DNA of 63,420 bases, filler included, from Reclinomonas americana ATCC 50394 (Eukaryota), in the NCBI GenBank assembly GCA_048213135.1. It is 6 parts of 4 records of this genome, joined end to end, with 100 filler letters (N's around TTAATTAATTAA, not from the genome) between each part and the next. Parts side by side here need not be neighbours in the genome. Positions count along the whole stretch, not along the records: positions 47,154 to 58,696 come from PS015195.1; positions 58,797 to 62,076 come from PS015197.1; positions 62,177 to 63,420 come from PS015202.1; 3 more parts are not named here. The stretch is one strand, 5' to 3'. Position 1 is the first letter of the stretch, and every line of letters begins with the position of its first letter. The position numbers and the translations under genes were made by a program. This document shows positions 55,401 to 63,420 of the stretch, in pieces. The notes beneath the pieces were generated by a model. It worked only from the letters and a program-made list of their open reading frames with translations. It had not been told where the DNA came from and searched no databases.

Positions 55401-55491
55401 AGGAGATGCCTATGCTGCGGTGACAAACCACACACACCACAGAAGAGACAGAAAGACTGACTGCCTGACGCAGACAGACAACCGGACAGAC

Positions 55492-55492
<1 letters not shown>

Positions 55493-55541
<49 letters not shown>
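55493..55541. repeat. (CA)n microsatellite
   Basis: Seen directly. Confidence 0.9.
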
Positions 55542-55545
<4 letters not shown>

Positions 55546-56797
55546 TACACAACGAGAATCCGATCGCAGCAAGGCCGGCAGTGAGAATCCAGGCGCACGC
55601 AAGACGCGGACGACAGGACACGAGCTGCGACGCACGTACACCACACAAGCAGTCTGATCAAGTCCGACAAAAAAGGAAATACTCCAAAAAAAGGAAATGC
55701 GAGCGCTAGCACTCCCGCCTGGCCACCGTGGCGGTTACTCCCATGGAAGAATGGAGATCATATCGTGACCACTCTCTTCGAGATCACACTCAATCCATTC
55801 TGCCCGAGAACACCTGCTTGTCATTAGAATTTTGTTAATTAATGCACATGTTCATGATCAAATTCGCAGCATGCGCACTCTGCGATCGCGTCTTCGTCGG
55901 CTGCGCTCTGGCGCCTGTTTCGCGTGTCTGTGCTCGTGCGAGAAGTGAAGTGATGCAGCGGCTTTTCGGGGTTGACTGTGCGAGAAGTGCGCGCAGTCGA
56001 ACGACGGAGTTTGCAATTCTCGGCGCACTTTTATTTTTCCTCTTTTCAGAGCGCTGGCAGGCCTCCTGTTGGTGCCTGCGGTGGGTAGACCCCGTGCGAT
56101 ATACGCGAGTACGTGGCCTTCACTGGTGCACGGTACTCCGCGGATCTGCACGCATGCGCAGCGGTGTCGACTCCAGACGCGGCGCGCATATGCATATGCA
56201 TGCATATGCGCAGCGAGCTCGGAACGCGTTCTTTTTTCTCTCGCTTGCTCGATCTCCTGATTCATATTCTGTGGCAAGTGCGACGTGAGTCCCGCCGTGG
56301 CACCACCGGCGTTTATGTGTGTTTTGTAGAGTGTGGTGGCTCGGTGTTCTTCCTCTTTTGCTTGTTGTGTAGTAGATTCGAATTCTGGAGACGCGGACTG
56401 TCCGGGCACCGGACGGTCACCAGCAACGCTAAGCCAGTGAGCGCTGGTAACGCCTCAGTAGCAGCGGCTGGCCGGCACTTGCACCCATATGCATGGTGAG
56501 TTGCCGCTGATTTGTTTGTTTGTTTGTGGTGCTCGCTGCGTTGCGTGCTGATTACTTCCTTCCGCCGCTGCGGTGCCCGCGGTTGGCCTCTCTTGTAGCA
56601 TGTGCCGAGCCTGCAACTGCGGTAGAAGCCTGGTGCGGCAGCCACGGCGCTGGCAGCGTGAATATTCGGCCGCGTAATGCGCGTTGGCCAACAGAGATGT
56701 TTTCTCACAAAGAAGTGTCTCCAGACTTTATGTGAGTTGTGCCTCCTACGCGTGCTTCGAATTCTACATGGTTGTTATGTGTCATACTCACGCGCAT

Positions 56798-56841
<44 letters not shown>

Positions 56842-57099
56842 TGCCGATCAACAGGAAAAATAGTTGCGTTGTCGACGTCGACGCGTCTGCGCATGCTAGC
56901 GCTTCGAATTCGGAAGCGCAGGAAGCAAGTTGGATCTTACCATTTGTGCGTCTTCTTGTGTGTCTGCAACTGTGTTCCTGCCGTGTTCCGACATCTGCAG
57001 GTGAAAGGTGAGCTTGTGTCTGCGCCCTCTTATATAATGATGGTTGCTGACTTGTTTTCCCGCCATTTTTGGTTTCCTTTTTTGTCGGAATGTTTCTGA

Positions 57100-58400
57100 C
57101 TGACAAGGGTACGTTTGGACCATAAATATCTATGTCGACTCGCGGCACCGGAAGCGTCCACCCCGCCAGCCAAAACGGCATGAGCATGCTCCTCAAACAC
57201 GCGACCGTACATGACCGACGCTGTTGAGCCCAGCGCCTGTAGACGCGACAGCACTAACTTGGCGTCCAGTTCGTTCGACTTGCGCCACTGCTCGAACAGG
57301 TTCATCTCCACGTAGGAGGAGGCAAAGTCCAGGCTCTCCAGCGTAAAGTCCGTGCGGTTGACGATGAGATGCACGAGACAGAGGGAAATGGTGGCGCTGC
57401 TGTCATCATCACGATGATGTGCCAGTTGCACCGCTCGCACCAGATCCTCCGGTTTGTACACGGCGCCTGCCGACTCCAAGTCGAGCTGGGCCTCAGCGCT
57501 GATGTTGACGAGCACCAAGCGTGCCGATCCGCCCCACTTTCGGTATCGCTCAGCCACCTCCTCGCGGCTCTGTCTCTGGTCGGCAAAGGCCACCTGCCGC
57601 AACAACTCCAACTCTTCAGCGCTGTAGGTCGGGAAGAACAGAGGAATGGCGCCGCGCTTGACAAAGTCCTTCCAGAGGAGGCGGTTGGGCGAGGTGATGA
57701 GGATCGACATGGTGACCTTGTTGGGCGCGTACATGCCGGGGGTGGTGCCATCGACCAGGTAGAGGTCGATGACACCTTTATACCCCTGCATCAACGCTCC
57801 CTCCGTCGACGACGCCCAGACACGCTCGCCAGCGATCAAATGAGGTCTGTAATTCAGAACGTCACCGTGGCAGAGCAGGATCGTCTTCCCGGCCATCAGC
57901 GCTCGGTACAGCACGTACATGCCGAACGCCGACTTACCGCTGCACGCACGACAATTGATACACACCAAGAGCGAGAGAATGAGGATGATGGTGTGTTTGG
58001 AAAGCGTAGCAACTCACATGCCAGGAGTACCCGTAATGTAAAACTTGCGGAGGTTCTTTCGCGAGCGAGCGGGATCGAGACCGCCGAGACCCATTGACGA
58101 CGAGAAGAGGCGGTCGTAAAAGTCGCGCACAAAGAGAACGCGCGAGTCGATGCCCGGCCACAGGAAATCTTGCTCCAGCTCAATGTAGGTGGCAGAGGTG
58201 ATGTCGGTGGTCTTGGCGCGAACATCTGTGGTGGGATCCACATGCCACAGAGTGGCTCGACGCATAGCAGCGATGTGCTGCTCCATCTCCACTGTCGAGA
58301 GAGAGGCACACGAGACTCTGAGTACAAATATGATGGCGGAGTTGAACGAATGCGTCGCGCGACTCACCAGAGCGAGTGACATCAGCGATGGCGATGCCAT
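57100..58400 (-). CDS. Crinkler/RHS-type P-loop NTPase domain protein (N- and C-terminal extent unclear)
   Basis: LFVRDFYDRL...FYITGTPG(I)GKSAFGMYVLYR, with Walker A split by an intron. Then YLVDG, ILITSPN...WKDFVK, FFPTYSAEEL, RYRKWGGSARLV, FASSYV, GRVFEEHAH. Confidence 0.8.
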
Positions 58401-58638
58401 GTGGCTCGAGTGCTCCCGGTGACGAAGCGGAGAACGCGCAGCTGCGAGATGAAGGAGTGTTTACACAATGCACTCTCACTTTCACCCACACACACACACA
58501 CACTCGCATAAACACGTGAGTCAACGAGAATGGCGTACGCTCACCATGACGCGCGAGAGACTGGGAGAGCTGCACGACAACTTGCGGGAAGCAGGGATGC
58601 GCCTGTGTGAGAGATATGATGGAGTGAGTGCATGAGCA

Positions 58639-58672
<34 letters not shown>

Positions 58673-59741
58673 TACTCACACCACCGACGAACGAAGNNNN
58701 NNNNNNNNNNNNNNNNNNNNNNNNNNNNNNNNNNNNNNNNTTAATTAATTAANNNNNNNNNNNNNNNNNNNNNNNNNNNNNNNNNNNNNNNNNNNNTGCA
58801 GATTCGCAGAGCACCAAGAGGATTTTTCTGAGCAGTTGCCTGGTGTTGTGAGGGCTGGACTTTGCATGTGAGTTTTCTCTTCAACCAGCTGACCACTGTT
58901 GTTGTCGTAGGAGGAAGAGCAAGGCGAGGGGAGGAAGATTGGAACCGGGGACCGTCATGAAACTTGCCAGTGCTGGTGTACGTGGAGCCGCCAGGAAGCA
59001 TGCATCTGTTGTCGTGAAGTTGCCTGAGAATAGACGTCTTTTTGACAAGGTCCAGCCATATTTGTTGCAACGACACGTGCTTCACGGCAGCGGTAGCGCA
59101 GCACACCGCTGGTGCATGACTACCGGCGTGCGGAGGGCGTGATCCATCGCTAGATTGTGAATTCATGAAGGTGACTCATGCACTTGTGCATCGTTAACCA
59201 GAAGAAAGTGTTGCCTTTGTTAGGTCTGTTGATACTCATGCACCTACACTTGACACCACCTCAGCGGGTGCGGTTGGAATGCAGTCTCGATGACGATCAG
59301 GGTTGTCGGTTTTCAACGAGTTCGTAACCTTCTCGTTGTGTTTTTNNNNNNNNNNNNNNNNNNNNGTCTGCGCATGCGTCTCTTCCTCGGTATCCATTGC
59401 CCTGATGCAGCTGCTCACGTGCGCTGCTGTTCCCAGTGAGGTGTTATTGACCATCAGCATATTAGCACCAGCTTCCCCTGATCCATGTTCTCTCCGCGAG
59501 AGATTCAGAACAAAGAGGCATGCGTAGCTGGTCATGGAGAACAATCGCAGTTGATGATGCACCCAAGGTTGCCCAGTTCTCTGACGCTCCCTCTCTCCTT
59601 CCTCCTCCTCCTCCGCGTCACATCACGACTTGTCACCTTTTCATCTTGCTGTTCGGATCAACGAATTCTCTGTCACTCTCTTCGTTTCTTGCATCACGCA
59701 GTGCGCGCGTGTGTGCGAAACAACAGCAAAGACACACACGA

Positions 59742-60079
59742 ATGGCCTCTCGACCTCCTCCTCCGCCTCCACGCCCTCACTCAACAACAACAACAACAAC
59801 TCCTTCGCTGCCAATGTCTGCCTTTTCTCCGTGCGACGACGAGAAAGCAGACATGATGCTCGTCGACAGCAAGCAGCACGTGACCCGTACGATGATGATG
59901 ATGCATTCCTCCTCGCTCTCTATCAACAGCAACGATGATGAGGATGAGATGAAGAAGAAGAGTGCATTGTGGTCGTCTGCTCATCGTGGTGTGCCTGCGA
60001 TGGCGAGGCGACGAGTGCCAGTCTCCTCTTCCTCTTCTTCTTCCACGTCTGTCACCACCACCAGTGTCACTGCCAAGAA

Positions 60080-60113
<34 letters not shown>

Positions 60114-62076
60114 CTTCATCTCTCTCTCCCTTGTGCTTTTTGCACTTGTGTTGCCGTTGTTTCTCTTTGTGTCCTTCATATGGCCACAGCTGTGCGCACT
60201 CCCTCCCTCCCTTCCTCTCGGTGTGTTTTGTGTGACTGTGTTGAGCTCCACATCTGCTTTCCCCTGAATGTGATGATGATGGAGAGTGAAACGTTCTCTC
60301 TCTCCTCCTCCTCCTATTTCTCCTCCTCCTCCTCCTCCTCCTCTTCTTCTTCTTCTTCTTCTCCTTCTCCTCCTCCTCCTCCTCCTCCTTCTTCTTCTCC
60401 TCCTCCTCCTCCTCCTCCTCCTCCTCCTGTTGTTCTTGTTCTTGTTCTTGTTCTTCCTCATGGATTGTCGTTGTTTCATTCCCTGTTGCAGAACCACCTG
60501 GCTTCTTGGAGGACAAGAAGAAGAAGAAGAAGCACACCGACGAGAGCACAGCCGCCATTGCCGCCGCCCGACGTGACGCTGAGCAGGGTGCGTCTCTCTC
60601 TCTCTTTCTCCTTCTTGCTGTCTGTGGTGTTCTCGCGTCACGTGTTGTCTCAGCTGGGCCGTGCATGTACACAGCTGCTGACCAGGAGCACATGGAGCAC
60701 ACATCGATGGAAGGCATCGTCGAGGTACAGTGATTGTTTGTGTCATCCCAGATCGGCATGTATCTCACTTTTCTCTCTCTCTTTCTCGCTCATGGCATGA
60801 TTGCACAGCAACGCGCGAGGAGACAGCGAGTCGACTCGTCTCTGGTAGATCGCAGCGAGGACTTGCCTGCATGTGAATCAGTTGAGACATCGGTCCGCAA
60901 GCGTTCTCTGGAGGTGAGCTCTGATGCGGCACGCGTCTCACTTTGCCTCTCGCCCGTGCATCGCAGTCGAGACACCTGATGTTTTCTCTTCATTCCCTGC
61001 AGGTGGATGCATCCGGTGATGAAGAGCTTGCACCGCCAAAGAAAAAGAAGGTTTGGATTCTCTGCTGCTGACATTGTGGTGCTTGTTCATCGATCTGCTT
61101 TTAGGGTCGCTGGTGTCACTGTTGCATGTTGCTGATTCACAGAGTGGCAAGGGTCAAGCTGCGAAAGAGCAAGTGGAGTTGAGTGCGGACGAGAAGCTGT
61201 TGCTGAACAAGCTGCTTGTTGCGTGTGCTTGTCACTCTGTCATCTTTTTAACCCATGGCCACCTTGATCCTCCTTCTCGTCGATGCACTCACCATTCTTC
61301 ATGTGTCTCTCGCAGCAATGCAATCGGAAGAGGATTCTGGTGAAGGCATTCGGCCTGATGGCATCGATTGTTCAGCAATCCACTGTCCTCCACCATCAGA
61401 GTGTTCTCTTTGAGCTTGCCTGCAACGAATGCGGGGTTCCATTGTCGGAGCCGGGTCGCGCGTCGTCTGCAGTCAAGTGTGCATTCAGCAAGAGACTTGG
61501 CGAAACTGCCAGAGTTGCACGCGCCAAAACGCCCAAATCTGTGGAGGGCGTGCTCAAGAGCATGAGCAACTACACCGAGGTGAGCAAGCATGTGTAACTG
61601 AATGACCATGGCATGTTGAACCAACGTGCAGATGATTGCAATCTGCAGATGAGCCAGCTCAGTGGCGCGGCTCTGGTGGATGCTGTTGAGAGATCACTGA
61701 TTGTGGTGGACGAGCGCGGGTATTCGGAGGTGCATTGCTTTGCATGATCTTCAGTGGCTGTAACGATCGTGTCAGGATACTTTCGTTCACTCGGCTTGTG
61801 CGTGCCAGGAATCATGGAAGAAATTGCCAACAGGATTCAAGAACAAGAAAGATCTTCTTCAGCCGTTTGTCACACAGGCCACGGATGCATTGCGCAAGTG
61901 TGATGGTCTCATTACTGCTCTGCTTCGAAACAATAACCTCACTGAGGTTGAGATAGCACGCGCCGTCACGTGGTGCCGATCGAAAGGTCTGCAATCTCAT
62001 ACCGCTTTTGGTGTTGCATGCGCTGGTATTGACCAGCCCCACACAGAATCTGGCGATGTGAAGATGGTGGTGAAGA
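59742..62076 (+). CDS. Uncharacterised multi-exon protein, 3'-truncated, with a low-complexity N-terminus and a basic NLS-like motif
   Basis: Exons with GT-AG boundaries: MASRPPPP..., EDKKKKKK, APPKKKK, QCNRKRILVKAFGL..., FKNKKDLLQPF... No family recognised. Confidence 0.5.
60298..60455. repeat. (TCC/TCT)n triplet low-complexity tract, intronic
   Basis: Seen directly. Confidence 0.85.
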
Positions 62077-62448
62077 NNNNNNNNNNNNNNNNNNNNNNNN
62101 NNNNNNNNNNNNNNNNNNNNTTAATTAATTAANNNNNNNNNNNNNNNNNNNNNNNNNNNNNNNNNNNNNNNNNNNNCGGAAGGGAGGAAGGAGGGCATGA
62201 GGGGGAGTGGAGCGGGAAGACCGCTTTTCTCCTCTCTCAACTGGACGCTCTTCTGTCTTCGCGCACTCTCTCTCGTGTGCAAGTGTTGACCGCATGCATC
62301 GATGCCTTGTAAAGAATGAAAGATATGTTTATTGTACTCTTCTCATCCTCATGCCTTACCACTTGCATAGCAGAAAAGCACGAAACCAAATGAACTTGTG
62401 AATAGTGTTGTTTAGACCTCTTGCAACAACATCAACAAGTAGCTTTCA

Positions 62449-63260
62449 TTATTGAATGGACAGTGACTCTGTTTGCGAGTAGAAGCCGTCGCGCTGCCAC
62501 ATTGGCGTCGCCATTGCGGTCGTCGAGGCCGACATGGCACGTGCCTTTTGCAAGTGCCTCTCAAAGATGCCCACGTCCACCGGGCTCTCCGTCAGTTCAC
62601 GCTCCCTCTCCGCACGCACTTGCGCCACGGCCTCGTCGACATCCCACGCGAATGGACTGGCAGCGTACAGCATGTAGGCCACGTAGATGCCGGGCGCAAT
62701 GTCGGTGACAAACATAATGGCCACCGCGATGGCGCTCTCCACCGTCGGTTCCGGATGGCCGTGCACGATGAATGCAATCTCCGACGCCACAACGCCCGCC
62801 ACGCTCAGCGACAGCACCAGAATGGCAATGGTGGAGATACGCTTGATCTGTGCGGCGCTGAGTGACGGGCAGCGCAGTGAAGGAGCACACCGAGAGACAC
62901 ACACCTCACGCAAGTACTTGAGAATGGCGTCCTCGAGCTGCACTTTTTGCTGGAGAATGTCGCGGTTGATGGCCTTTCGCACCACCAAGAAGCCCAGCAC
63001 GCAAGACATGAACACCATCGGCAAGAAGCCAAAGTAATTCGAAATGCCCGTCGTGTCTTCCGACGCGCCCACCGTCAACAGCACCGCCAGCATGACCACG
63101 TAGACCCACAGCGCTGCACGCAAAGGAGACACACACACACACAAAGAGAGTAAGCCCACAATGCGCGCGCACTCTCCGATAGGCGAACAGGCCCGCACCA
63201 AAGCCCACAACGAGGAAAAACAGTCGGCGAGTGTAAATGGGCATGAACAATCGTCCGTAT
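62449..63260 (-). CDS. Multi-pass membrane protein, 3' part (possibly 7TM-like)
   Basis: At least 4-5 hydrophobic helices (LFFLVVGFGAGLFAY, LWVYVVMLAVLLTV, FGFLPMVFMSCVLGFLVV, IAILVLSLSVAGVVASEIAFIV, AIAVAIMFVTDIAPGIYVAYML) and a hydrophilic tail. Confidence 0.65.
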
Positions 63261-63420
63261 CTGATGCACACAACAAAAGACAAAGCTCAGTCTCTCTTCC
63301 TTCACTGCAGCAGTGACGTGAAGCACGCAACGGCACAAACTGCAGCTCCGCGTGCAGTTGCTTCCTGTGAGCGAGTGAGTGCATGAGGAGTTATACAGAC
63401 ACTGCACACTCACACACACA

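Noticed and set aside
58797-59500. Possible minus-strand gene fragment
   Set aside because: No recognisable motif or convincing exon chain, and bounded by gaps
59520-60800. Long ORFs with poly-S/P/R/E or LSLSLS/THTHTH runs, here and across N gaps
   Set aside because: Translations of microsatellites, antisense frames and Ns, not real proteins

Overview
Intron-rich eukaryotic (protist-like) genomic DNA from a gapped draft assembly. It has microsatellite-laden introns, N gaps and five artificial N44-TTAATTAATTAA-N44 contig spacers. About half the window (5208-37036, minus strand) is one giant, signal-peptide-bearing gene. Its core is a tandem array of at least 12 modules, in each of which a six-bladed NHL beta-propeller is inserted into the middle of an FN3-like domain. 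Cys-containing Ig/TIG-like repeats and a C-terminal legume (L-type) lectin follow the array. Other genes are a PsbP/DcrB-like multidomain protein, DCP1, peptide deformylase, a bacterial-type serine beta-lactamase-family hydrolase, a Rho/Rac GTPase, the 5' part of ERO1, an FSIP1-like protein, a ROK fructokinase, a CitE-family lyase fused to a mesaconyl-CoA-hydratase-like double hotdog domain, an alpha/beta hydrolase, a Crinkler/RHS-type NTPase and two uncharacterised genes. Many introns use a GTTGCGT donor, which is the common GTGCGT with one extra T. Exon structures were assembled by eye, and all family calls rest on recalled motifs, not database searches.
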